DNA from: an uncultured Chloroflexia bacterium
GTDB lineage: Bacteria; Chloroflexota; Anaerolineae; Anaerolineales; UBA4823
NCBI GenBank assembly: GCA_963829555.1
Contig: CAWHJB010000003.1
Span: forward strand, 53,957-117,956
Direction: 5' to 3'
Length of the DNA stretch: 64,000 bases
Part shown: piece after piece, positions 18,374 to 28,867 of the stretch
How positions within the stretch are numbered: the first letter of the stretch is position 1
Layout of the letters: each line of letters starts with the position of its first letter
The notes under the pieces: model-generated
Told to the model about the DNA's origin: nothing
What the model saw: only the letters and a program-made list of their open reading frames with translations
The model's database searches: none
Made by a program: the position numbers and the translations under genes

Positions 18374-20800
18374 CAGATGTTATGCTCCTGTAGATCGAAT
18401 TGTATCTCTTGGAATAAGGGCACCTTTAGCTCGGCGCCCTGGATGGGAGCCGCCTGCCCATCGATAACGATCGAGCGGGCGCTGCCCCCATGCAAATGAA
18501 GAACCAACTGTTGGTAAGGGAATGGATAATTGCCCTGGCTTTCACGCCGGATGAGCCAATGGTCGTCTTCCCGATTGAGGATAAATTCATCCAGGCGCCA
18601 ATCAGCATAGCCATCACCGGCGTCACTGAACAATGTCCCTTGATCGTGCCCGTGGCGGGGAATATAGACGTGCAGTTCAAGCTGCTGGGAGGTTGCAATA
18701 GGCAATATACTGCCGGCGCGAACCAGCACCGGGAGGCGATCCAGAGTGGTTAAGATCTCGATCGTATCAGTCCCTTCATAGCGAACGTCTTCCCAAAAAC
18801 TGTACCAATCCCCTTCCGGCAATCGAATGGAACGGGTTTGGGCCTGCGGTTCCAATACAGGGGCAATCAGCAGATCGGGTCCACACAGGAAAGCATCCTG
18901 CACATCCCAGAGGTCGACGTCCTTCAAATTCATCCACCACAATGGCCGGATGAATGGTTGGCCAGTCTGGCCGGCCTGCCAGGCCAGGGTATATAAATAT
19001 GGCAGTAACCGATAACGTAATTTCAGGAAGTCGCCTAAAATCGTTGAATAGGGCTCGCCGAAAACCCAGGGCTCGCGGCGTGCGGTGCCAATTGCGGAAT
19101 GGGTGCGAAAAAGCGGTAAAAACGTCGCCATTTGGAACCAGCGCAGATAAAGCTCGGCAGGCGGATCGCCTGAGAAGCCGCCGATATCCGGGCCGGTCAT
19201 CCCCATCCCACTCAAACTCAAACCCAGGATGGAGGGGATGCTCATCCGAAGGGCCTCCCAGGTGCTCTGGATATCACCGGTCCAATTCCAGGCATAGCGC
19301 TGGATACCTGCCCAGGCAGAGCGTGTAAATAGCCAGGGGCGTTGGTCGGGTTTGAGCTTGTGCAAGGCCTCGTGGGCGGCGCGATTCATCAGCAGGGCGT
19401 ATAGGTTATGGCCGGCCTGATGATCGCCTCCGCTTCCCTCCATGTCGTGCCGGGTGGAGCGCGGTAAGGTCATATCTCCCCAGGCGGAGAAGGAAGTCGG
19501 CTCGTTCATATCATGCCAGAATCCGGCGATGCCCTGCTCCAGTAAAAAGGAATACTGCTCACCCCACCAACGCCTGGCTTTCGGATTCGTGAAATCGGGA
19601 AAGACAGACCAATCAGGCCACACCAATCCGGTCAATGGTTTCCCATCCGGTTTCAGGCAGTAAACTCCCCGATCCAGACCTTCCCGATACAATTTGTTTT
19701 TTGAGTTAACCTTGACCCCTGGATCCAGGATTGTTACTAAGTGGATTGGGCCCGATTTCATCTGCCGGCTCGGCCAGCGATTTTGCCAGACCGGCCAGAT
19801 CCGGGAAACGCTTCCGGTCCACTGTGAAGACCCGATAGCCGTCCATATAATCAATGTCCAGGTGGATGGCGCTGACCGGCCAGCCTCGCTGGCGAAAACC
19901 GTCCACCACCTCGCGGACATCCGCCTCGGAACGGTAACCCCAGCGACACTGATGGTAGCCCAGTGCCCAGCGAGGCGGCAGTCCGGACCGGCCAGTCAGC
20001 TCTGTATAGCGAGCGATTGCCAGCTCCGGCGGCCCAGGGATAAAATAAGACCGCAGCATACCATTTTCAAAACTGACCTTTGCATTACCCTCTTCCCCGG
20101 CGGGTGAGAATTGAAATTGGCCGGGATAATAATTTTCGTAGAAGATCAGGTAACTTCCCCCGGCATGCAAACCCATCAGAACCGGTATGGGCTTGTAAAC
20201 GGGGGCATCATCCGGCCCGTAACTGCCGCCAGGGTCGGTGTTCCACATCTGGTAGCTCTTGCCCCGCAGGTTGAGATCGCCGGTTTGATGCCCAAGGCCA
20301 TACAGGTGTTCATCCTTCGCCAGGTAAGCCTGATGGGCCCAACCAGCTCCCCGGCGTTCAGGAGGAAATTCCTGGCGCAACCGACTTCCCTCCGGGGTGC
20401 TGTAGTCAAGTGTGCCTTCGGGGCCGACCCGGATCATTAATTCCGAACTTGCTATCTGGCTGTACTCGTCCCGTTCTTCCATAAGAACAGACACCTCCGG
20501 CCAGTCTGTTTTAGCCAGGGCATACGGGATCGGTTGTTGAGCGGGTCCCCAGGAGACGCGCGCCAGGTCAGAGGCGAGGAAGACAATCTCAAGTTGGGCC
20601 TGTTCGAACTGCCAGGTTGCACCACTCGGAATCTTTTGAGTTGCTACCCGGCGCCCTGGCAGGATGGCCTCGGTCGGCTCGGGCGCTTGAGCGTATTTTC
20701 TATCCAGGCGATCGCGTTTCAGGCTGTATTGAATTGTTTTCAGACTGGTCTTGAGTTCGGTATTGCGAATACCCGTGACTACCTTTTGGAATAGATTCAT
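18373..20800 (-). pseudogene. GH31 alpha-glucosidase, frame broken by a 1-nt shift (or assembly indel)
   Basis: N-part 19706-20800 (...GYHQCRWGY...AIHLDIDYMDGYRVFTVDRKRFPD) and C-part 18373-19920 (MKSGPIHLVTILDPGVKV...GFWHDMNEP...) are in different frames. The junction is at about 19761-19770. Confidence 0.85.
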
Positions 20801-21966
20801 GGGTTATCCTGCCGGCTGTTTCTGGTTTGAAGGTTTTGGATATATTCTCGGTTCTCGCCCAGACACAGGTCAAGTCCCAGAGCCGTACGGATCAGATCGC
20901 TGTCGAGCGGTACGAATTTTTGCCCGGTAACCACCGCTTGAATTGGCACAACCACGATCTGGTCATTGCGTAAAGCCACCATATATCCCATTCTGTTTTC
21001 TGCAATTAGATGGACAGCCTTATTTCCAAAACGACTGCCCAGCAAACGATCGATCGCGGTAGGTGAGCCGCCCCTTTGCAGGTGCCCTAAAACCGTGACC
21101 CTGACTTCAACATTACAGCAAGCCTCCAATTGTGCGGCGATGATAGCGCCGGCGCCTCCCAGCCGGCGCATCGCTCCAGGCTGGCGTTCGCCCAGGTAGC
21201 TGGGCTGACCACCCTTTGGGAAGGCTCCCTCGGCTGTTACGACAATACTGAATTTTGCGCCGCGCTGATCCCGGGAACGGATTTTTTGGGCAATGGCGTC
21301 CAGATCATAGGGGATTTCGGGAATCAATATGACGTCCGCTCCGCCAGCGATGCCCGCTTCCAGGGCGATCCAGCCTGCATCCCGCCCCATCACCTCCAGC
21401 ACGATGACCCGGTGATGGCTCTCGGCTGTGGTATGCAGGCGATCCAGCGCTTCCATGGCGGTGTTGAGCGCAGTGTCGAACCCGAAGGTAACTTCCGTTT
21501 GATTCAAGTCGTTATCGATCGTCTTGGGTACGCCGATTACGGCTAACCCTTTTTGCATCAGTTCATAAGCAATTCGGAGAGAGCCATCCCCGCCAATGAC
21601 CACCAAAGCGTCTAATCCCAACTCCTGGGCGTGGCGGATTACATCATCAGAAACATCCACAACCACTCGTTCAACCGTATTATCCGGCCCGGGTTTATCA
21701 ACAACATACTCAAATGGATTGGCCCGATTGGTTGTGCCCAGAATTGTCCCACCTTTGGGCAAGATCCCCCGTACGTCACTGAAGGTTAGCTTGCGCGCCT
21801 TGCCGGGCTCGATCAGGCCCTCAAATCCATCCTCGATGCCGATGACTTCCCAGCCGTAATCATTGATGGCGGTTTTGACAACGGAGCGGATGACAGCATT
21901 CAATCCGGGGCAGTCTCCACCGCCTGTCAATACACCAATACGCCGGAAACGATCGATTGCCATCAT
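20797..21966 (-). CDS. pfkA: ATP-dependent 6-phosphofructokinase
   Basis: IGVLTGGGDCPGLNAVIRS, VIGGDGS, PKTIDND. Start ATG 21966 after GGAGG; ATGA overlap with the downstream GH31 gene. Confidence 0.9.
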   Translation of the reverse strand: MMAIDRFRRIGVLTGGGDCPGLNAVIRSVVKTAINDYGWEVIGIEDGFEGLIEPGKARKLTFSDVRGILPKGGTILGTTNRANPFEYVVDKPGPDNTVERVVVDVSDDVIRHAQELGLDALVVIGGDGSLRIAYELMQKGLAVIGVPKTIDNDLNQTEVTFGFDTALNTAMEALDRLHTTAESHHRVIVLEVMGRDAGWIALEAGIAGGADVILIPEIPYDLDAIAQKIRSRDQRGAKFSIVVTAEGAFPKGGQPSYLGERQPGAMRRLGGAGAIIAAQLEACCNVEVRVTVLGHLQRGGSPTAIDRLLGSRFGNKAVHLIAENRMGYMVALRNDQIVVVPIQAVVTGQKFVPLDSDLIRTALGLDLCLGENREYIQNLQTRNSRQDNP

Positions 21967-22240
21967 GCCTCCTGATTTAGCCCAGGTTGCCGGGTTCGAT
22001 TTACTTTGAATGATTTTCAAGGCTTTTTAGCCTGAAACGAATGACTGCATCTATTTTACTTGAGTTTGCCCTAAGGCTGGATGGCAATCATTAGGAATTC
22101 CTGTGGTGGCACCCCCAAATCTGGGAATCCCCCACTGAGTTTCCTGGAGAGCTCTGGATGACAATCATGGGGTTCTTTGGGAAATCCTGTGGCCGAGGCT
22201 ATATGTGAGGGCCTCAAATCCAGAAAGCCCCGCCCGATAG

Positions 22241-22280
22241 AAATTCAAAGGCCTACGAGCAGTCTAAATTCTCGTAGGCC
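22241..22280 (-). terminator. Possible terminator of the AAA+ ATPase gene
   Basis: 10-bp stem ggcctacgag / ctcgtaggcc with an 11-nt loop, followed on the minus strand by CTTTGAATTT. Confidence 0.45.
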
Positions 22281-22359
22281 AGATTATTCTATGTGGCGTT
22301 GTTGCGAAATCTGGGGGACCACCCCGCAAATACGGTCTATAGGAGCTGGCTATAGCCGG

Positions 22360-23652
22360 TCATTCAACGAAGTAGCACTGGCAGGCTTCATCGATCAGCG
22401 CAGGGGTCAGGCGTGGTTTTGTGCCTTCGTAATCACACAATGAAATAACCGTCAGGATCAAGTCGCGCGGATGGACAGCCTGCATAACCCGGCCATTTTG
22501 TCGGTACCAATGTTGAAGCAAGTGCAGAAAAGTGTCTTTATCGAAAGGAATGTTAAATTCTTTGCATGACTGGGTAAAAATCTGGAAATAGAGCTTTTCG
22601 TCGGGGGCTTCCACATTGACCTTGATCTGAATCCTGCGCAAGAAGGCATCATCGACCAGTTCGTTTGGATCCAGGTTGGTGCTGAACACAATCAGCATTT
22701 TGAAAGGCACCACGATGGTTTGCCCGGTGTGCAATCGCAGGAAGTCCACCTTGCTCTCGAGGGGCACAATCCAGCGGTTTAGCAGGTTGGTTGGGCTGAC
22801 CTGTTGACGACCGAAATCGTCCAACAAAAACATGCCGCCATTGGCTTTCATCTGTAACGGCGCTTCATAGATTTTGCTGATGGGGTCATAACGGAGGTCA
22901 AGCGCATCCATAGTTAGCTCACCGCCCGCCATAACTGTGGGCCTTTCAAATAGCCCCCAGCGCCGGTCAACCCGTCCCAGTTCGTTTGTCGGTTTGCGTT
23001 CAACCTCCAGCTCACGGTGGACCAGGCGGTCGTGTATTTGGATGATCTGGCCGCCAGCAGTTAAGGAATAAGGGATCCAGATTGGATCGGTGCCGGCGAT
23101 CAAACGCCCGATGGCTTGCGCAATGGTCGTTTTCCCATTTCCGGGTGGGCCATACAGGAATAGCGATGTGCCGGAGTTGATTGCTGGGCCGATTCGGCGA
23201 TCGAAACCGGACGGCAGGATTAAAAAGTTCAGCGCATCAATGACTTGCTGAGTTTTAACTTTTCGCTTCTTAACATTTTGCAGTTCGATACCCTGATTAT
23301 AGAGATTAATCGGTACCGGAACCGGCCCCACGTACTGGCTGCGTTCCAGCGAATCTCGGGCACGCTGTTCTCCGGCCTGGGTCAGGGTGTAAACATATGC
23401 CAATCGCCCCAATTCGCCGCTGGCTTTGGAGACTTCTACCAGGTGTTCCTTTTGCATCCAAAGTAGCTGGTCGTCAATGATTCTGCTGGAAATCCGCAAC
23501 ACATCAACAAAACGGCTGAGTGCGACATTACCTTCGTTAAATAACAGCCGCAGGATCAGGTCTAAGACAATACTTTGAGGAATACCTAATTCCTCGACAG
23601 TGCTGGGCTCCTTAAGCAGTTGTTTGAGCGAATGATGATCTACCATTCCCAT
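22360..23652 (-). CDS. AAA+ ATPase with N-terminal winged-helix-like domain, function unknown
   Basis: Walker A GPPGNGKTT, Walker B FLLDDFGRQ, sensor region VFSTNLDP...FLRRI. Start at ATG 23652 or 23646; the upstream part of track ORF 22360-23751 looks non-coding. Confidence 0.6.
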   Translation of the reverse strand: MGMVDHHSLKQLLKEPSTVEELGIPQSIVLDLILRLLFNEGNVALSRFVDVLRISSRIIDDQLLWMQKEHLVEVSKASGELGRLAYVYTLTQAGEQRARDSLERSQYVGPVPVPINLYNQGIELQNVKKRKVKTQQVIDALNFLILPSGFDRRIGPAINSGTSLFLYGPPGNGKTTIAQAIGRLIAGTDPIWIPYSLTAGGQIIQIHDRLVHRELEVERKPTNELGRVDRRWGLFERPTVMAGGELTMDALDLRYDPISKIYEAPLQMKANGGMFLLDDFGRQQVSPTNLLNRWIVPLESKVDFLRLHTGQTIVVPFKMLIVFSTNLDPNELVDDAFLRRIQIKVNVEAPDEKLYFQIFTQSCKEFNIPFDKDTFLHLLQHWYRQNGRVMQAVHPRDLILTVISLCDYEGTKPRLTPALIDEACQCYFVE

Positions 23653-23910
23653 CTCCGGTCTGGATTGGTTTGGATATCGTGAGAACCAGGCCAGTACACT
23701 CCCGATCGACCTGTCCGCACGATCAATTCTAACATTGACTATAACAGCCAAAATGCAAGCAGGGGTTTCAATTTTGCAAGGGCAGCTGTCAAATAATTAA
23801 GTAACGTGAATTCAGCCAGGCCCTCCAGAGACCCTGAATTTGGGCTAATCATAATCAATGTGAAATTGTCAAGATAGTTTGAGTTATCATATGATCCATC
23901 AGCATCTTCT

Positions 23911-24624
23911 TTATGCCAGCGCGCGTTGCTGTATTTCCAGCAGGTCTCCGATCCCTTGGTTGGCCAGGTCGAGCAACGTATCCAGCATCTGGCGAGAAAA
24001 TGGCTGCCCTTCGGCGGTTCCTTGAACTTCGATATACTTTCCCTCAGCGTTCATTACTATGTTGAAGTCTGCTTCAGCGTTTGAATCTTCCTGGTAGCAC
24101 AAATCCAGCAGTGGCTGACCGTCCACGATGCCGACACTGACCGCAGCGACCGGGGAAAGGAATATATCCTCCGGAATCTGACCTTGAGCGACCCATTTTC
24201 GTAAGCCTATTACCAGGGCAACATATCCCCCGGTGATGGCAGCAGTCCGGGTGCCCCCGTCTGCCTGGAGCACGTCACAATCGACAATGCAGGTCCAGGG
24301 GCCCAATTTGGTCAGGTCTACGGCTGAACGCAGACTCCGGCCAATCAAGCGACGGATTTCTTGAGTGCGCCCTCCCAGTCCCCGGGTTTCACGGGCGGTG
24401 CGGACCTGAGTTGAACGCGGCAACATCGCATATTCAGCCGTGATCCAGCCGGTTTGGTTATTCTGGGATTGGATCCAGCGCGGTACGCCGGCTTCTATGC
24501 TTACATTGCATAACACCCGGGTATTCCCCACTGTGATCATCACCGAACCTTCCGGATAGATCACAAAATTCGGTTTCAAATCGACCGGTCGCAATTGGTC
24601 TGCTTTTCGATCATCTATTCGCAT
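23911..24624 (-). CDS. rph: Ribonuclease PH
   Basis: Start ATG 24624 (MRIDDRKADQLRPV) after GGGAGGG. Motifs: GSVMITVGNTRVLC, LGGRTQEIRRLIGRSLR, DCDVLQADGGTR. Confidence 0.9.
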   Translation of the reverse strand: MRIDDRKADQLRPVDLKPNFVIYPEGSVMITVGNTRVLCNVSIEAGVPRWIQSQNNQTGWITAEYAMLPRSTQVRTARETRGLGGRTQEIRRLIGRSLRSAVDLTKLGPWTCIVDCDVLQADGGTRTAAITGGYVALVIGLRKWVAQGQIPEDIFLSPVAAVSVGIVDGQPLLDLCYQEDSNAEADFNIVMNAEGKYIEVQGTAEGQPFSRQMLDTLLDLANQGIGDLLEIQQRALA

Positions 24625-24649
24625 CTTTCTCCCTCCCAAGAGCTGGCAT

Positions 24650-25850
24650 TTATGGCCATTCAAAATATTGATAGGTCTGGCGCGGATGTGCGCCGCTATG
24701 GACAAGGAATTGAGCTGCCGGGGTATCATCCAGGATTGGTCCGATCGAGATGCTCTCCCATCCCATTTGCCGGGCGACCTGCATACTGTGGGAAAGCAAT
24801 TGGCGGCCGAATCCATACCCCCGAGCTGTGGAAAGCACGCCACCGAACACGATCCGGCCTGAGCGTACAGATCGCCGGGCAGCCCACCTCAGCCAGGCTC
24901 GCCACCAGGGTCGGCGCCCTCCATTGGCCCGCTTGAGCAGTGGGGCAACGTCGGGTTGGAGCAAGACGAATCCAATGGGCTGGTCCCGTTCCAGCGCCAG
25001 CCAAAGATGAAATCGGCCAGGAACTAATCCAGGTCAATAAAAAGTCGGCTTCAACTCGATCGAGTTCAACCGCCAGCGCTTGTGATTCAACTGCGGATTG
25101 GAAAAGAGGCAGTAAAGTGCTTTTCAAAGTAGCCGGATCGGATGCTTCCAGGCGGGCAGGGCCGGTGGCTTTCTGAGGCCGCTTCGGCACGACCAGGTGA
25201 TACAGCTTGCCTGTCTGGATGGGGGTCATTACGCTCCTTACGATTTCTGCCAAATACGGAGGATCGTAAGCGGTATATAGCGGAGGTGTCTCCCGCCAGT
25301 GGTCGACCAGGAGCCCACCTCCGAGATGGATGGAAAATCCAGTCGGTCCAATAATCCGTTGGTAGCCTCTCGAAGCGCTCTTTTCAAGCAGCGCCGACAG
25401 CAGTTGTTCCAGGCAATCCGGATCATTGGCGGTGATGAATTGGGCCAGATAAGCCGTTTGATCTTTTCGGCGAGGATCATGGAGAACCTCCCCCAGGCCG
25501 ACGGTTTCCTCAATGATGGGATCGATCCAAATCGAATCGCCTCCGGACCAATTTTCCTGGCTGGAACGCTGAACTCGCCGGCGAATGGCGTGGCTGTGCA
25601 CGAACAGGGGCCGCTGCCGCGCGAGATGTGGGTGGGGGCGGATCAATGCAGCGCGCATGGCCTTATATTCAGGCGGGGACCAATGGGGATCCTTTTTATA
25701 AGCACGCCAGAGATGAGATAAAAAGCTGCGCCGCAGTTGAAATTCATTCCCGGCACGATGGTTGTAATTGTAATAATCAAACATTGGATCAATGCCGCCC
25801 ATCCAACTGGCAAGCCTGGCTTTCGCCAACCTGACTAATTCCTGGTCCAT
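24650..25850 (-). pseudogene. GNAT-like N-acyltransferase paralogue, frame broken (or assembly indel)
   Basis: The N-part (frame of 25850) makes sense only up to ...EADFLLTWI. The C-part continues in the frame of ORF 24650-24964 (PGRFHLWLALERDQPIGFVLLQPD...GGVLSTARGYGFGRQLL). The junction is at about 25000-25033. Confidence 0.55.
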
Positions 25851-26051
25851 TGTATCTTATCATTGCCTGCTCGTTCTGCATTATCCCCTTATTGCGTTCC
25901 TCTGGTGGAGACAAGTTGCCCAAACGTAAATCCTCACTTTCCCACCTTACTTGACTGCGAGGAGTTTTTAATCTAGACTGTAGTTGGCCCGAGTATAATT
26001 GGGCTTTGACAAATCATGATGGGTTGAGAAAACTTAGGTTAGGGAAATTGC

Positions 26052-27545
26052 ATGTGGACTCTCACACTGCGTACACCGGATGGGGCGCCGCGTGTATTCA
26101 CGGTCAAGCGGGGCAAAACATCCATAGGCCGTTTAGATGAAAACGATGTTGTACTTTCCGATGTATCAGCATCGCGTCGCCATGCGGAAGTTGAATACGA
26201 TCCACTGGGTGAGATACTTACCATCCGTGATCTGGGCAGCACCAATGGCACTTACGTGAACCGCGAACGTTTAGCTGGAACGAGACGTCTGAACCATAAT
26301 GATGTCATCCGGATCGGCGAGGACGTTATCAATATTGCCTATCACGATACTGCCGAACCGATTGGACTGCGTAATTTTGGAACCCAACCGTTAACCCGCG
26401 AAGTGCTGCTGGAGTCGATCGATCAGCATGCTGTCTTGCTCTACGAAGTTTCCCGAAGATTAAACACGGTCCTGGATATAGACACTGCTTTGCGGGAAGT
26501 GTCAAGCGGGATGCAGCGCGCTATGGGGGCAGATAAATGCGAAGTGATCCTTAAAGATGATTTCAACCGCTTGAGTGATTTGGGATTCCCAACCTCCATC
26601 GCCAACATGGCCATTGATCAGCGCTCGACGATTATTATCCCTGATCTCTCAGCCCAGGGAGACATGGTTGGAAAGAGCGCTTATCTGCTGAAGATCCGCT
26701 CGGCATTATGCGTCCCGGTGATGACCGGGGATGAAATATTGGGCCTGATCTATATGTATAAAACGGATCCCGCCGCTCGCCCCTTCGAGCAACGCGATGT
26801 GCAACTCGCGGTGGCAATCAGCCACCAGGCGGCTCTCACCATCCAGCGTACGGCACTTATCGAGCAGGTCCAGGAGGAGCAGCAAGTTCGCCAGTTGCTG
26901 CAGCGCTTTGTCTCGCCGCTTGAAGCTGATTTTATTATGCAGGAGTATATCCACACCGGCCAGCTCCCTGAACTGGCGGAGCGGACAGTGACCGTCCTGT
27001 TTGCGGATATCGCCGACTCAACCGGCCTGGCGGAAAGGCTGGGACCGAAACGTTTCGGTGAGATTCTGAGAACCTATTATGAAGATATGACCAACATCGT
27101 GTTTGAAAATGGCGGTCTGGTTGATAAGTATTTGGGTGATGGCTTGATGGCCGTATTCGGAATGACCGAAAAGAAGCCCGACCCGGAGGGTCGGGCGGTG
27201 GTCGCCGGTATCCGCATGTTAGAGCACGTAGAACGCCTGAACAAAGAGAACCAGGAAAAGATCGTGATCGGAATCGGGATTAATACCGGGCCGGTCGTCG
27301 CCGGATATGTGGGGACTATGCAGCGGGTGGAATTGACCGTGCTCGGGGATACCGTGAACGTCGCTTCTGGGCTGCAGGGCAATGCCAGGCCAAACCGTTT
27401 GCTGGTAGGGCCGGCAACAGTCGCGGCGATCATCGGCCGTTTCAACATGATCCGGGTAGGTGCTATAACGGTCAAAGGGCGCCTGCGGGACATTCAGGCA
27501 TACGAAGTGATCCGGGACCACAGCCAGGAATACACCTCGAATTAG
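26052..27545 (+). CDS. FHA-GAF-class III adenylate/guanylate cyclase
   Basis: FHA (TSIGRLDENDVVLSDVSASRRHA...GSTNGTYVN), a central GAF-like region, and a cyclase domain (VTVLFADIADSTGL...KYLGDGLMAVFG...GINTGPVVAG...LGDTVNVASGL). Confidence 0.85.
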   Translation: MWTLTLRTPDGAPRVFTVKRGKTSIGRLDENDVVLSDVSASRRHAEVEYDPLGEILTIRDLGSTNGTYVNRERLAGTRRLNHNDVIRIGEDVINIAYHDTAEPIGLRNFGTQPLTREVLLESIDQHAVLLYEVSRRLNTVLDIDTALREVSSGMQRAMGADKCEVILKDDFNRLSDLGFPTSIANMAIDQRSTIIIPDLSAQGDMVGKSAYLLKIRSALCVPVMTGDEILGLIYMYKTDPAARPFEQRDVQLAVAISHQAALTIQRTALIEQVQEEQQVRQLLQRFVSPLEADFIMQEYIHTGQLPELAERTVTVLFADIADSTGLAERLGPKRFGEILRTYYEDMTNIVFENGGLVDKYLGDGLMAVFGMTEKKPDPEGRAVVAGIRMLEHVERLNKENQEKIVIGIGINTGPVVAGYVGTMQRVELTVLGDTVNVASGLQGNARPNRLLVGPATVAAIIGRFNMIRVGAITVKGRLRDIQAYEVIRDHSQEYTSN

Positions 27546-27578
27546 TGAATTTGAACCGGAAGAATTCGCCCTGTAATT

Positions 27579-27623
27579 GCACCCCGGATGGGAATGGCCC
27601 CATCCGGGGTGCTTATCGTTTTA
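27579..27623 (+). terminator. Rho-independent terminator of the cyclase gene
   Basis: 14-bp stem gcaccccggatggg / cccatccggggtgc with loop aatggc, followed by ttatcgtttta. Confidence 0.75.
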
Positions 27624-27714
27624 TGTGTGTCCGGAATAATCCAGACTTATCCGAGATAGGTCTTGTTATTCCAGAACGACTTTGGGCTTGAGCGTACTTG
27701 AACCCGTATTTGGG

Positions 27715-28836
27715 TCAGGCTGAACCTTCTTCCCGCTGATCAGGCTTATCAGGCGCAATAAAGCGTCGCCGGTAATAGCCAAGGCCCAGAAGAATGGAAA
27801 ATTGGATGATAGCGCTCAGGATCGTTGAGAACTGCTCGAAGTAGAACACCAGCAGATTTACGGTCGTCAAAGAGAGCAACAGGCCCAAATAACCCATGGA
27901 GACCGCAAATTCATCTTTGCCTGCCAGGAAAAGTCCCCCCGATACAATCAGCAACAGCCCCACCGAGGTTTCGAGAGCCAACTGGGCAGAAAACCAGGCC
28001 AGGCTCCCATTCCCGGTTAATTGCCCTCTTGCCAGAAGCTGCTGAATAATCTGTTCCAACGAGGTAGGCGAAGAGCCCAAGGGTAAAGCCAGGTACATTT
28101 TATAGATTGCCACCAATCCCAGGGCGATCAGCCCGCCGGCTAAAACGGCTTTTGCCCGCCTGCGAGTGAGCCAGCGTGTTTCAACGCTCTCCCAAAAGGT
28201 CGTGATTTTTTCCCAGATGGTACTGCTGGGCGTGACCAGGCTGAGATTATCATCTTGAACAAATTCAAGTAAATGACTGGCCAGATGGGCCATATCCGGC
28301 GACTCGGTCTGTTGGCTGACATACTGGAGCGTTTCGATCAATTCTGCTCTTTCCCAGCGGTCGAGATCGTGTTCGAGCACCTCTTCAAATCCATCCAGGG
28401 CATGATACAGCGCGGCACGCGGCGCGCGGATTGGCGTTCTTCGAACGCGCATGTATAACAAAACGGTCAGTAAAAAGAAAGCATAGATTATCGGCGCAGC
28501 AAATGGACTGAAGTAATCGTTATTTGCCGTGATAAATTTGCCTACCTCATCGATGAAGAGGCCAACCCCGGCCCCGCTGGTAATCGCGCTGATCGTGTAG
28601 ACCCAGCGGTTGGCGATCAGCAGGGGAGCCAGTGAAGCGATGAAGAGCAGCAGTCCACCCCAAAGGACATGCGCAATGTGAAAACCATTGCCGCCTAACT
28701 GTGGGTACCCGGTCAGATCTAAAAAGATTCTGGTCAAGATAACCGAAGAAGCAAAACTCAACAAGGTGAATAAAATATACTGTTCAGCGCCTTGCCTGAT
28801 TACCGGATTGCGGATTTGACTTCTAAATCTATGCAT
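27715..28836 (-). CDS. Polytopic membrane protein, function unknown (last gene of the Bat-like cluster)
   Basis: 373 aa. Several hydrophobic helices flank a central soluble segment. Its start is 31 nt downstream of the stop of the 1003-aa VWA gene. Confidence 0.55.
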   Translation of the reverse strand: MHRFRSQIRNPVIRQGAEQYILFTLLSFASSVILTRIFLDLTGYPQLGGNGFHIAHVLWGGLLLFIASLAPLLIANRWVYTISAITSGAGVGLFIDEVGKFITANNDYFSPFAAPIIYAFFLLTVLLYMRVRRTPIRAPRAALYHALDGFEEVLEHDLDRWERAELIETLQYVSQQTESPDMAHLASHLLEFVQDDNLSLVTPSSTIWEKITTFWESVETRWLTRRRAKAVLAGGLIALGLVAIYKMYLALPLGSSPTSLEQIIQQLLARGQLTGNGSLAWFSAQLALETSVGLLLIVSGGLFLAGKDEFAVSMGYLGLLLSLTTVNLLVFYFEQFSTILSAIIQFSILLGLGYYRRRFIAPDKPDQREEGSA

Positions 28837-28867
28837 TCAAAATCCTCGTCATTCCTCCAGCTTGCGT

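Noticed and set aside
22100-22330. A 6S-like or other known small RNA between pfk and the AAA+ gene. ggtggcaccccca at 22104 can pair with tgggggaccacc at 22311.
   Set aside because: The pairing is short and imperfect, and the repeats are mainly direct rather than inverted. I cannot fold a convincing known RNA by hand.
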